A stretch of 64,000 bases of DNA from Octopus bimaculoides (taxonomy: Eukaryota), in the NCBI RefSeq assembly GCF_001194135.2, contig NC_068983.1:59478508-59542507 (forward strand), given 5' to 3'. The notes below the pieces were generated by a model, which saw only the letters and a program-made list of their open reading frames with translations, did not search any database and was not told where the DNA came from. The position numbers were made by a program, and so were the translations under genes. Positions 26,590 through 40,610 of the stretch are shown in pieces (the stretch's first letter is position 1; every line of letters begins with the position of its first letter).

Positions 26590-26911
26590 GGCACTCCATT
26601 GGTTACGACAACAAGGGTCCCAGCTGATATGATCAATGGAACAGCTTGCTCGTGATATTAACATGCAAGTGGCTGAGCACTCCACAGACACGTGTACCCT
26701 TAACATAGTTCTCAGGGACATTCAGCATGACACAGAGTGTAACAAGTCTGGCCCTTTGAAATACAGGTACTACTCATTTTTGCTAGCTGAGTGCACTGGA
26801 GAAAGGTAAAATAAAGTGTCTTGCTCAAGGACACAACGCGTCGCCGGGAATTGAAGTCACGACCTTGCGATCGTGAGCTGAATGCCCTAACCACAAAGCC
26901 ACATGCCTTCA

Positions 26912-26912
<1 letters not shown>
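26590..26912 (-). mobile_element. SINE family D, near full length
   Basis: Homologous to 10020-10295. Confidence 0.85.
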
Positions 26913-26944
<32 letters not shown>

Positions 26945-26945
<1 letters not shown>

Positions 26946-27096
26946 TACACTCTCGGAGTGGTTGGCCTTAGGAAGGGCATCCAGCTGTAGAAACTCTGCC
27001 AAACCAGATTGGAGCCTGGTGTAGCCATCTGGTTCACCATTCCTCAGTCAAATCGTCCAACCTATGCTAGCATGGAAGGCAAGCGTTAAACGATGA

Positions 27097-27100
<4 letters not shown>
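26945..27100 (+). mobile_element. RTE 3' end fragment between (TA)n tracts
   Basis: Homologous to the RTE tail. Confidence 0.85.
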
Positions 27101-27175
<75 letters not shown>

Positions 27176-27734
27176 TACACACACACATATACAATTTACG
27201 TACATGTGCAAGCACATTACTATTTTCATCAAAAGCATCAAAATCACATTTGGTGCTAGGTATTGCACATGTATTGCAAGACACGAGTAGTTTGTGTATT
27301 TTAGTGAGTGCTGGATCTGTCAGAACATATTACAAAAACACAAGAAAGAAAAATGTAGCTCATCATCAACACCAAACTTCAAACAAGTAATTGAGAGGAC
27401 ATACTTCACACAACCAATGTAAGATACAATTTCCAATGTAAGCATGACAGTTGTAAAATCATGAATCAAACTGTTACTCTAGACACACTATTACAACACT
27501 TTCTTGTTGGTTGATCATGTGATCGCAACAAGAAGCCATCACAACTTATTACAGAGGACAAAAACTAAAAAAAAAAAGAAAAACATTGGCTGACAGTATA
27601 ACCATGTTATAGAGAATTCTACAAAATAAGATAAATAGCTATGGTAGCATTGTTAAAAGCAAAACACAAAAATCTACAGATGTAGAACCCGTAAATTAAA
27701 TCAGGAAATCCACCAAGAATTACAAATCTTTTAT

Positions 27735-27939
27735 CTTTCAATTGTTTCAGTTATTAGACTGCAGTCATGCTGATGAGGCACTACTTCGAAGAATTTTTAG
27801 TTGAATGAATCAACCCTAGTACCTAGTTGATTCTACTTATTCTAGTGGTCTCTTTTGCTGAACCACTAAGTTACAGGGGCATAAGCACACCAACACTGGC
27901 TGTCATGTGATGGGTGGGGGCACAATCATAGATACAAAG

Positions 27940-27983
<44 letters not shown>

Positions 27984-28127
27984 GACGGGCGTCTTTCAAT
28001 TTCCATCTACCAAATTCACTCACAAGGTTTTGGTTGACCTGACTATAGTAAAAGACACTTACCAACGGTGCTATGCAGTGGGATTGAACCTGGAACATAT
28101 GGTTGGGAAGTCAGCTTTTTACCACAT

Positions 28128-28178
<51 letters not shown>

Positions 28179-28325
28179 GGGCTTCTTTCAGTTTCCATCT
28201 ACCAAATCCACTCACAAGGCTTTGGTTGGCCTGACTATAGTAAAAGACACTTACCCAAGGTGCTATGCAGTGGGACTGAACCTGGAACATGTGGTTGGGA
28301 AGCAAGCTTTTTACCACATAGCCAC
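27735..28325 (-). mobile_element. SINE family B with tandemly duplicated 5' half
   Basis: 27980-28130 is nearly repeated at 28175-28325. Confidence 0.75.
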
Positions 28326-29507
28326 AATGATTTTATCATTTATAATAGCATTCCCATGGTCTTTTGTGACCTATGCACTTTTTTAGGGTCATTATTTCAT
28401 TTTGAAAATAATACCAATTAGCTCTTGAAATGTTAATGAACTAATAGATTTAGAAATGCTATTGTTGCAAATCCAAAGCTAAACAAAGAATTAACTTGAA
28501 TATAGACATGTCTGTAACATAATAGGTTTCAAAGAAAAGATGTTCTTTATTCACGTGCATGCATACTTGTAATATTAACGCATTGTTTTTTTTTACACCA
28601 TTTTTATAGGTTTAAAAAAAAATTTTTTTTTCTCTATCTGCTTTTTGTTTTATTGACTACTCATGCATATTGTTTCATTAAAAAATACCATGTCTTAAGC
28701 ATCACAAATCAGTTACATAATCAACAACATGCTACTCATGAAACAGTAGTTAAAGAGCGATGTCGGTTACATACATACATATGTATACATCCCACTCTCT
28801 CATATACTCTTGCAATCTCTACTCACCTCATACCTTGAGGGCCCACCCAAACACCTTATACCCAATACTTTTCTCTCTTCCAAGCTCCACCTTGATCATT
28901 CACCATTCTCTCTTCTGAAATGTGAATAGCCATGTAATTCTTCAACAGTAAGAAAGTTGTTCTGCTTTGGCCCCTTTCCCCATACCTTAACCCCCTCCTA
29001 GCATAGAGCTTCTCTTGGTAGTCATAGTCTTGCAAGCTGCACAGGGACCTCATTAGTGCTCGAACACAAGAAAAGCACCTGGTACACACTGTAAGGTGAT
29101 TGGCATTAGGAAGGACATCCAGCTGGCAAAACAAAAGTTGATAGTGAAGCATGAAGTGGTCTTGAATCTATCAGATCCTGTGACTCCATCTAACATAATG
29201 TCAGCATGGAACATGAACATTAAATGATTATTCATATACTAGCTGACTACGTGCCATCAATAATGACAGCTAACTGTAGTATTTTATATATAAATCACAC
29301 ATACAAACATTTACATGCGTCACTTGTACACACACACACATACACACATATACTCACTCCTTCCTTCCTTATTCATTTATCACCCTTTCCTTTCTCTCAT
29401 TGCTATTACTTTCTCTCACTCTCTCTCAGTCAGGGCTATTACTCCCACTATTTCTCCTTCACTGAATTACTATTTTCTTTCCTCTTCTGCGTCTAGCATG
29501 ATTCTGG

Positions 29508-29545
<38 letters not shown>

Positions 29546-30002
29546 ACTATGCTCATTATTATATTAAGAGATACTCTTTTACTTGTTTCAGTCATATGAT
29601 TGCAGCCNNNNNNNNNNNNNNNNNNNNNNNNNNNNNNNNNNNNNNNNNNNNNNNNNNNNNNNNNNNNNNNNNNNNNNNNNNNNNNNNNNNNNNNNNNNNN
29701 NNNNNNNNNNNNNNNNNNNNNNNNNNNNNNNNNNNNNNNNNNNNNNNNNNNNNNNNNNNNNNNNNNNNNNNNNNNNNNNNNNNNNNNNNNNNNNNNNNNN
29801 NNNNNNNNNNNNNNNNNNNNNNNNNNNNNNNNNNNNNNNNNNNNNTATATATAAGAAATAATTGAGATTCAGTTGAATTAGGAAATTAAGTTGAAGCACC
29901 AAATCAGTGCAGTATTGTCCATACAACTCAAAGTAAGGTGAATAAAATCAAAATAAGCAACAGCATATCAAGAGGTGATGCAGTACAACCATTTATTTAT
30001 TT

Positions 30003-30090
30003 ATGCACCTGAGGATAGCCCTGCATTTAAATTGATGTAATGATTGCATTGTTCAATTAAATGGAGCCACTTGAAACAGTCGTACTGCAT
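30003..30090 (+). ncRNA. type I hammerhead ribozyme motif (CUGAGGA core, long stem II)
   Basis: ATGCAC-CTGAGGA-[long hairpin ATTTAAATTGA.../TCAATTAAAT]-GAAA-CAGTCG-TA-CTGCAT. Stem I 5 bp with a C-C closing mismatch. Confidence 0.6.
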
Positions 30091-30687
30091 CACCTCTTGA
30101 TATCCTGTTGCTTATTTTGATATATATATATATATATACACAACAGGCTTCTTTCAGTTTCCATCTACCAAATCCACTCATAAAGCTTTGGTCAGCCCAA
30201 GGCTATAGGACAAGATACTTGCCCAAGGTGCCATGCAGTGGGACTTTACCCAGAACCATGTGGTTGGGGAGCAAGCTTCTTACCACACGGCCACACTTGT
30301 GCCTATAGTATATCTTATGGCTACAGTTAATGGTATGAATGCTACTAGTGAGTTTAGAGTTCCATATAGAGTATCATCATCCAGTCTGCTTCTAGTTTTG
30401 TGAGACATCTGATCTCTGTAACACTGCAATAAAGTGTTCTCCTAATGACTTGTTGTGGTTCAGCATCCAATTGCACTTGAAACAGCCATTGGAGAGGTTG
30501 TAAATAACCACAATGGTGAAACGGGGATCAGACTATATAAACTTACATACAGGACTTCAAGTTTCTCTGTCAATTATACAACTATGTAATGATCACCACC
30601 CTTTCCATACATGAAAAAATTTTCTCACTGGCAGTGCAGTGTTTTTTCATGTTTATAATTGATAGTGCAACAGGCACAGGACTTACA

Positions 30688-30744
30688 ATAGCTGAAGACG
30701 TGTGTTGATCATTGTATCATTGATACAGAAACTTGAAGTCCTGT
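30688..30744 (+). ncRNA. type I hammerhead ribozyme motif (CUGAAGA core, GUC cleavage)
   Basis: ATAG-CTGAAGA-CGTGT...ATACA-GAAA-CTTGAAG-TC-CTGT; near-palindromic stem III. Confidence 0.6.
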
Positions 30745-33700
30745 ATATGAGTCTCTGTAACTGTATCATTCAATAAATATAGTTCTCTATTTCCAATGAT
30801 ATTGAGGTCTACCTCTTTTGTTGTCACACATGGTTTGTCAAGATATATATATATATATATATATAAGGCAACAGAAAATACACCTCAGTAAAGTCTGACC
30901 ATACAATCATGGAAAATTAGTTGTTAAATCAATTACACACACACACAAATATGAAAATAAAACATCAGATTGACTTAACTTCCAATTTAGATGAAATTAA
31001 GTCAACATATACAATTGTTAAAAGGAAAAATAATTCCTGTAATGTTTGATTTTATAATAATTTGCTTTCTAATTCTTGTTTGATTTGTAAACAAATATAA
31101 AACCTAAAAATTTAATATTTATTTAATATTAATTTGATAATTGGTTTGAATCAAAATTAAATGCCAAATTACAGGCACCAATTGTTTATATTTTCAAATC
31201 ATTTTATAATTTTTCTCAAGTTGTTTAGTGTTTAAAATAGAAAGCATTTTGTTTGATAACCAATAGTTCTTCAAATTATATATTTAATAATAAAATAATG
31301 AGATGTTTTCAACTGTCAACAGTCAACATTAGTAATGTTAAGAAACAAGATATTGTAAAAAGAACAAAACACATTTTATATGCTATGATCCCAAGTTGGT
31401 GTTCGACATTTTTGATTTTAAATCCTTCAGTGTCACTATATCTAGTGCTTTTTCAGATAACCTTTTCAATAACAGTCTATTTAAAAACACATTTAGTGTT
31501 ATGGAACAAAAACCTTTCATGTTAGGGAATCCATATTCAAATTAAAGTCTCCATCAAAACATTTTACAGTATGGAAGACACGTGTCAGCCATGCAAAAAC
31601 TATTAACTTCATTTAACTGTTTATCATTTGGTGTCAAAATTTTCTTCACACTATCAGTAACCTGATCATTGACAGAGTTCCACTGCTACTTATTTGCCAG
31701 ACAAATACAATTCCAAAACTGCCATCAAATTTTATGTGAGAATCGTCTAAGTTCTGTAGTTATATTGCAAACAGCAATTGTTTTTCTAATCAGTCTGAAT
31801 TTTTTTATTATTTCCAAATTGAAACACAGGATAGAGAATCATCAGAAAAGTAGAGGTAGAAGGGTAAATAAATTAAACAAAAACATAGCATTAACATTAG
31901 TTTCTATAGCTTATTGTTGATGTATTTGGTTGACCTCCCTTCCCCCACCAACTTCCTTTTATGGAAAATAACATTTTTATAAATTGTGACAAAATTGTTA
32001 CTGATCAATCTTTGTTATCCAGTCTAAACATCACCATCTTCCTTTTTAACATCTACTTTTCAATGCTTGCATGAATCAGATGCAAATTAATTGAAACAGA
32101 TTTTTTAAAGCCAGATGCCTTTCCCATTGCTAACCTTCACTTGTTTCCAACTAAGATAATATTTCTCTTTGGCCGGATATGTATTTACTGCAGATTGAAA
32201 ATGAACAACACCGCTTTTATGATGGTGACACTCATTTACAACTATCACACAATGTCAAGACAAGGAAACACATGACAGGTTTCTTCAGTTCCTGTCTACC
32301 AAAATTATTCAAAAGGCCTCAGGATATATATACATATAACTCAGGATATATATATTAATTATTGTTTTGGTTTTTATGTAATATATAAATGTTATGTAAA
32401 TATAATTTGATATAATTGATTTTAAACTATTCAAAAGGCCTTGGTCACCCCATGACTACAGTAGAAAACAAAATGCCACACAGTGGGGCTGAACATGAAA
32501 CCTTGTAGTTGGGAAGTGATCTTAACCACACAGAAATGTCTGTGCAGATAGAATAAATCAATAAGATAGGCAGAAACAACTATCTTAGTACACACTGTAT
32601 ATCATATTTCTCATATATCTCTGGAATCTACAACTATTTCTAACTTAGTGTGACAAAGCTCAAGCTCTTGGTACATAAACTGATTGTAAACTTTTTCAAA
32701 GAAACTTAGTCGCAGTGAAAGCTATACTTTAATATAATCAACATTTGAACAACTTCATCAGTTCTTGACTTTCTTCAGATTTGATAGGATGTTGCCGTTA
32801 ATATCTGAATACAATTTATTACATCTACACTTGATGTCAAAGACACTTAATATCTCTGAACCTCACATTCAAAAATGCTTCTCTATACAGGTTCCTAAAA
32901 AACTATTTTACTTAGTAAAAATATTCTTGTCTATGTTTTGGTTTCATAACTTCCTTTATTTTACGAATTCAATGTCTTTTTTCTGAAAGACTATTTTAGG
33001 AAAATTACACTGCATTCATGTCATACCTACAATTTAATTCATTCTCACATATTTTCAAACTTAAAGTGTGTATGTCTATATGTGTGTGTGTATGTCTATA
33101 TGTGTGTGTGTGTATGTATATATATATATATATCACAAGTAAGGCTGTAGGATTAAGAAATTTGCTTCTCAAGTACATAGTTCCAGGTTCAATCCTAAAG
33201 CATGAACCTTGGGTAAGTGTCATTTACTATGGCCCCAGACTAACCAAAGCCTTATTCAGTAGATGTCAACTGAAACAATCTCATCTTGTGTGTGTGTGTG
33301 TGTGTGTGCATGTGTGTGTGCATGTATGTGCGCGTGTCTCCTTGTCTTGGTATCACATGGTAGTTGTAAATGAATGACACTTATACAGCCAGTATTTTGT
33401 GAGAACATGGTTGGTGATAGGGAAGTATTATTTAGCTTGGAAAATGATGATATATCTCCATGCATCCAGGAGACTACCTTCTGCAAAATGAGTTGAAGAA
33501 AATACACAAGTTTCATTAAGTTCTTTAGAAGAAAGCTGTTCCATAAGCATCTTCCAAATATTACATTCATCCAACAACTTATAGTATATTTTTAATCACA
33601 AGTTATACATTCATGCTTTATTTTTGTTAAGAAATATAAAAAGATCATCTGTTTTAGGAAGTGCTTAAAAAATGATATGGGATTATAATAAGGATCAAAA

Positions 33701-34315
33701 TACTGGATTATCCTTCTGCAATTCAATAATCTAAGCAACATCACATGCATCGTATATAAATTACACATCAAGAAAGTCAAGATAACTTCAGTGCTTTCCA
33801 TTCCCTTATTCAGTATAAACATAGAATGATATACATCATCATCGTTTAATATGCACTTTTCCATGCTAGCCTGAGTCAGATGGAATTTATTAAGGCAGAT
33901 CTTCTACATGCAGATATACTTTCTGCTACCAACCCTCACCTTTTTACAAGATAATACTTCCCCATGGCCAACATATTTTGCTTGGAAGACTGAAAATAAC
34001 ACCGCTTGTGTGACAGTGACATTCATTTAAAATCATCATGATGTCAAAGCAAGGGTACACACACACACGTCTTTACTCAGCCTGTATTAAAAGAAACCCA
34101 AGATGACACGCAGTGGGACTGAAGCCTAGACCACATGATTGAGAAATAAGCTTCTTAACCACACAGCCATGCACATGCACACACACACATAGAGTCATTT
34201 AATCAATTAGTCATTTGGAGGAGATCTTTTCTGTAATTTAGTACTTCAAATTGTAGACCAACATTGTTATATAAAAATAACACATGCCAATCTTAAATTC
34301 CTTTCACAGATTTAC

Positions 34316-34584
34316 CATTTTCTGCTTTTTGTCTTCAATGTTTTTGATGTTGTTTCCTTCTCGCAGGCTTTATTTTACCTGAATTCTCAATCTTCAGATA
34401 AAGAATATTTTTAAAAGGTCATTAACTAATGTAATTTTAGACTTCCACTTCTATGCTGCAACTGATTGGAATCTTTCTACTTCATTCTTTAAATTCTTTC
34501 TTTCGAGCACCTTTTTTCTTGTGCTTCTAATCAGCTTTTTGCTACAGCTTCTTCCATCCTTAGCTCTTCATAATCCTTTCTGAC
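34316..34584 (-). pseudogene. possible degraded coding relic in two exon-like blocks (34584-34441 and 34378-34316)
   Basis: VRKDYEELRMEEAVAKS*LEAQEKRCSKERI*RMK*KDSNQLQH and VK*SLREGNNIKNIEDKKQKM; the stops are compatible with C>T decay, and both blocks start after an AG. Confidence 0.3.
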
Positions 34585-37500
34585 CTATTTCTATTCCCAC
34601 TTTCTTCCTGTCAAGGACACAACATGCATATATTTATGTGTTTGCTTGTTTAACTCAGATGCATTCCAATAATTACTTCTCTGTTAATGTAGATATATAC
34701 AGAAATACACACATGTACAATTGCACGACCAAAAACAAGCTTGATGAGAAAATAAACAGTGCGTGTGTATTTAAAAAAAAAGATTTTAAATTAAAAATTA
34801 ATTATATGGAAAATCTTTTAAAAATATGCAGATTAACACAAACTTGATGGCAGAAAGTTTTCATGCAAACGCTTTTGCTGTTTTGAGCATTTCAAACATT
34901 TAAGGTAATCTGTGTACAACATATGTATAACTACACACACACACACACTCACATGTAAGCACACAAATACATGTTAAAATGCATGACCACAGAAACACAT
35001 ATAATCATACAACATATACACTCTCCTTCATCTTCCCATTAGTAATATCAGTAATATCAGGCTTAGTATCTGATGAGTTAAGAGGTGGGCTGGTAACTTT
35101 TAAGTCAAAATAGTGACCATATCATATTAAGAGTAATAATCAAATTATCTGGTTTGATCGGTTACTAATATAGAAGATATACATCTAGTTATAAATTTTC
35201 AAAAATAAGCATTATTTAAATATCCTTTATGCGTACCTAGCAAAATAATTCTTTTTTTAAATAAATTACGTCTAAGAATGTGAGTGTTTAGTATTACTCT
35301 AACATAAATTTTCACTAAAAACTTCAAGACAGGGAGTATGAAAAATCTGGTAGACACAGGCATGGCTATGTGGGTAAGAATGTTGTTTTACAATCACATG
35401 GTTTTTGTATTCAGTCTCACAACATGGTACCTTGAGCAAGTGTCATTTACTGAAGTAGATCAAAGCCTTGTGAGTGGATTTGGTAAACAGAAACTAAGAG
35501 AAACCAGTCAATTGTCTGAGATTGTGCATTTTCATGTCTGTTTGTATCGACATTGTGTTTTAGCTGCAAATGGATGTCACTATTATATGAGCAACATCAT
35601 TCATTTACAATTTATCATGCAACCATGTCTAGCCATTGCACTATTCATGTTCAAAAGACTAGGAGAAAACATTAACTCGCTTGTTATTAGATAGGGGTTG
35701 GTAACTGAAATGATTCGAATCAGAGAAAATATTTGCCTCAACCAATTTAACCTGAACCATACAAGCATAAAAATATGAACATTAATACAATGAAGATGAT
35801 GGTAAAAATTGTCTTGGCAACATGTTGTCTGCAGAGTAGTGGTTCACAAGGGGTACTTTACAGTTAGCAATAGATTTTTTTTTTTTTGAAATTACAGCCA
35901 CCATCTTTAATTACATAAGCTAAAGTTGGTAATAAGTTTCCAAATGTTGGGTGAGGGGAGTGGAAGAAGGTTGCAAAACACTGCTCTAGAATATATAATT
36001 CTGAAAATATTTCAAAGCAAAAATTAGACATGTATAGTTTTCATGCAGAATTAACGAAGTTGTGAAATAACTAGCAACAGTAAAAATTTAATTATCTCTA
36101 ATTCATGAGTTAATTAATGTAGGTGCACAGTATCGATTCTGACATCTACCACACTTTAGAGTTGAATAAATAATAACATCTATTTAATGTCAAAAAAAAA
36201 AAAAAGATTACAGGACAGTTACACTGAGGTGTCATCACTGATTGCAGCATGATAAATTTAAGAGTGAATGTTTAACTCTTGATGCCAATCTGTCTGTGAC
36301 CTCCCCTACTTGTATGATACAACTTCCTTGTTTAAAAGCTTCCTTCAAAATTTATATCAATTTATGTTCCAAACTCCAGTTTTAATAATGACAAGGTTCA
36401 AAATTCTTCATTATTTTCCAAATTAAATGAAAGTACATTTCAACAGAAACATGATAATAAAATAGTTAAGGTTGAATAATAGAGGAAAATGGGATATTAT
36501 TTTTAGGCTCATGACAATTATGTATTTGATAGCAACTTGTATTGTCACTGATTTTTTTTTTTAAGAAACTTGAATTTTATGATGTGAATATAAAGGAATG
36601 AAAATTATATTTAAAAAATGAGAACAAGCAACTGATGTAAACAGTCATATAGGAAAATGATAGTGGTGTATTGCATAGTCACAACCCACTGATTGAAACA
36701 AGTTCAAGAGTAAGAAAATGAAAAATAGCTGTGGATATATATATATATATGCCCAATCCTCTGTCCCTATTTCCTATCATAACCAACTTCTAATATTTTG
36801 AGAGCATAGTCTCATGTTTTACATAAGTTATTGACATAAACAAACTAGCACCATTTATCAAGTGGTAGTGGGAGTAGGGGTGCACACAAAGACAGATAGA
36901 CGCACAGGTCTTCCACACAGTTTCCATCAACTGAATTCACTCAGGGCATTGGCCTGGCAAGGCAGTGGTAGAAGACACTTAGCCAAAGTGTAACGCAGTG
37001 GGACTGAACCCAAAATCACATCGTTGCAAAGTCAGCTTTTCAACTACTCTGCCATGCCTGCACATATGTACAAACAATTTCGATATCTTTCATTGTAATA
37101 ACAACAACAACATCAACAAGGGATAAAATTTAATCAACTTTTACTAAGATAAAACTATTATTAGAAAGATAGAGTTTAGAAAGCAAATGAATCAGAGCTT
37201 AAATTCTTCAGCCTCATCTATGTTGTGTTTCCAATATAATACCATATGTTATAAAATATGATATTAAATAGTCATTGGATTGAAATGAATGCAAATAAAT
37301 NNNNNNNNNNTGTGTGTATGTATGTATGTATGTATGTATGTATGTATGTATTTAGCTTCATATATTTTAAGAAGTCTGTGTGGTAAGAAGTCTGTTCCAT
37401 AACCACATGGTTCTGGGTTCAGTTCACATTGTTTTGAATTAATCAAGTATTATCTCATAATTTTAAGATTTCAATGTAATTAGAATGACATTGTAGGATA

Positions 37501-38205
37501 GGTGTAATAGGCCAAATTTTGTCAGTTTGAATGTAAAACAGGTGGAATACTTGAGTTGGGTATGGCCAGTTTAAATACTAGAAGGCTAAATGATGATGAT
37601 GTTGATGATGATGATGGTGATGCAATGAACTTCTTTAAAATTTTGTCTACCAAATCCACTCTCAAGGCTTTGGTAAGCCTAGGATAAAGTATAAGGTATT
37701 TTCCCAAGGTGACTTGCAGTGGACTGAACCCAAACCAACATGGTCGGAATGCCAACTTAACTGCAAGCAATGTATGGATGGATGGAAAGGAAAGAAGTGA
37801 AATACAAACAGATGAGATGTATCAGTTTACTTAAATATGTAAAATAACTTTGGTACTACAGACATGTGCATAAAGCAGTCATGTGCTATGTAAGTAATAC
37901 ATCAAGGACTTTATATATTATTAAACAATTTTAACATTTCAATACAGCTGTTTCTTACAGTTTGATCTGAGCTTGCAGCATTGCTGCACAAATATAACGA
38001 GAAACTAGTTTTTCTTTGAAAGATTATTAAAATGTAGAGATAAGACAAAATTACACAAAATACATACAATTTTAATATTTAACCTTGATAATAAGCAAGA
38101 ATTGATTTCAAAAATAAAATTATATCCTTGTATGTGAAACAGCAAAGTGTGTAAATAGACGAAAGAGAAATAAATGTGTTGCTTTATAAAATTCATAAGT
38201 GTTAA

Positions 38206-38378
38206 CCCTTTTGTTACCATATTTCTGCTGAAATAAACAGCTTTAGTTTCAATTAATTTTCAAAATAATGAAGAATAGCATGGAATTTTGAAAGAAGGTC
38301 TTAATTTACATCACGTTAAAACAGTAAGTTTACATCATAGGAACAGAGGCAGTCTCAAACTGGTTGGAATCAAAAAGG
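38206..38378. mobile_element. piggyBac-like MITE (TTAA-flanked), internally deleted
   Basis: TTAA|CCCTTTTGTTACC ... GAATCAAAAAGG|TTAA; related copies at about 17950-18170, about 59420-59622 and 59904-60122. Confidence 0.6.
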
Positions 38379-38750
38379 TTAAACAAACAAGAGAATGTCA
38401 CATTATATGGCCACTTGACAATTAGAAATAGCAGCCACATTTCCTTAAAACAGATCTCACTATCTTAGGACACAGTGATTGTTGTACTCCTGGATAACAT
38501 TAAGACATGATGGTCACAGGGTTGGAATGCCTTTGATATACGTTTGCTCAACCAGGGCTAACCTCAAATTAAACAACAACCATTCATAGCCTCATTTCTT
38601 TAACATTCTGCAACATTTAATTATGTTATAAGCCAGGTGCTATTTCACAGACCAATTATAACTTTTATAAGTTTACATTTCATAGTTAACGAATTTCACC
38701 TAATAGGTAAATTTAATAGGATGTTAACTAGAGAAGGTTTTATACATTCA

Positions 38751-38786
<36 letters not shown>

Positions 38787-39181
38787 NNNNNNNNNNNNNN
38801 NNNNNNNNNNNNNNNNNNNNNNNNNNNNNNNNNNNNNNNNNNNNNNNNNNNNNNNNNNNNNNNNNNNNNNNNNNNNNNNNNNNNNNNNNNNNNNNNNNNN
38901 NNNNNNNNNNNNNNNNNNNNNNNNNNNNNNNNNNNNNNNNNNNNNNNNNNNNNNNNNNNNNNNNNNNNNNNNNNNNNNNNNNNNNNNNNNNNNNNNNNNN
39001 NNNNNNNNNNNNNNNNNNNNNNNNNNNNNNNNNNNNNNNNNNNNNNNNNNNNNNNNNNNNNNNNNNNNNNNNNNNNNNNTATATATATATAGGGAGATTT
39101 CACAAAAAAAACAAAACACGAAGACATGTGGTGGAGACAACAAACAGATGTATTAGTTTAACACTTTGGAATTGTAAAAGT

Positions 39182-39218
<37 letters not shown>

Positions 39219-40362
39219 AACAGGTATGGTTATGGGGTCTAGAAATTTGCTTCCAAACTGTATGGTTCTGTACCATTGTGTGCTACCTTAAACAAGTATT
39301 TTCTACACTAGCCCCAGGTTGATCAAAATCTTGTTAGTCGAGTTGTTATATAGGAAGTGAAAGAATCCTGTCACATGTGTGTGTAAGTGATTGTCTACAT
39401 GTGCATATGATTGTATGTGTGTGTGTTTATGACTGTATTTCCTTGTTTTGACACTGCATGCATGATAACTGTAATGTCATACAGCTATCTACCTAAGTCA
39501 CTGTCATGTTGGTGACAGAAAGGGCATCTGGACATAGAAAATCCCAACAAATCCCATGTAACCAATACAAACATGAAAAGTAAATGTTAAAATGATTACG
39601 TATATATATATATATCATCACCATCATCATCTTAATCATCATATATTTATATATACACACATACACATATATATGTGTACGTATATATATATGTATATAT
39701 TTATACACTCACAACAATGCTCAGCTCTCAACAGATTCTTTAAAAAATATATATCATGGTATGGAATGGGTTAAAAAAAAACAACTTACCATTCAAAGAA
39801 ATCTAATTTCAAATTATCTTTGAAAATTGTTACAACAGCTGTTCCAAAACTTTTAAATATGTTTCAGATATCTTATCACAATAATCAAGAACATAGATTC
39901 AAAAAAATACGTAACAATATACAAATGTTTAACACAAATTCACTTTCGTTTGCTTTTATTTGTTAAATTGACAAATTCCTAAACAGAAAATAAGAAATAT
40001 TTGGAAGAAACTTTGTCTTATTTTTATTATTTTTGACATGATCACTTCTAAAATATGAAATTATATATTTTTTGCTTTTTCTAATTAACTCTCTTGATGC
40101 CAATCTGCCATAGACTACCTTACCCTTACTTCTTTGATACAAAGATGTTTTGAAAATATTCATATTGAAATCTAAACTTTCCATCATAATTTGATCTTGG
40201 GATAACCTATTAAGTTTATTCCAAACATTATTTTATCCCTTTTTGTTACCATTTTTCTCTTAAAACATACTATTTTAATTGCCATATTTGCTGGTGTATC
40301 TGACATGCCCTCACTATGTCAAGACAGGGAGACAACAACAGAAACTCAAGAACATTGATTTC

Positions 40363-40558
40363 ATCATCATCATCATCATCATCGTTTAACGTCCGCTTTC
40401 CATGCTAGCATGGGTTGGACGATTTGACTGAGGACTGGTGAAACCGGATGGCAACACCAGGCTCCAATCTAAATTTGGCAGAGTTTCTACAGCTGGATGC
40501 CCTTCCTAACGCCAACCACTCAGAGAGTGTAGTAAGTGCTTTTACGTGTCACCTGCAC
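40363..40558 (-). mobile_element. RTE 3' end fragment
   Basis: (CAT)n followed by the reverse complement of the RTE tail. Confidence 0.85.
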
Positions 40559-40610
40559 AAACATGATTTCTATGACGAAAATCTGTTAAATTATCCACTT
40601 ATGCTTTTAA

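Noticed and set aside
39963-40230. 74-aa minus-strand ORF MMESLDFNMNIFKTSLYQRSKG...
   Set aside because: AT-rich, no recognisable domain, and bounded upstream by an in-frame stop and a decayed MITE fragment.
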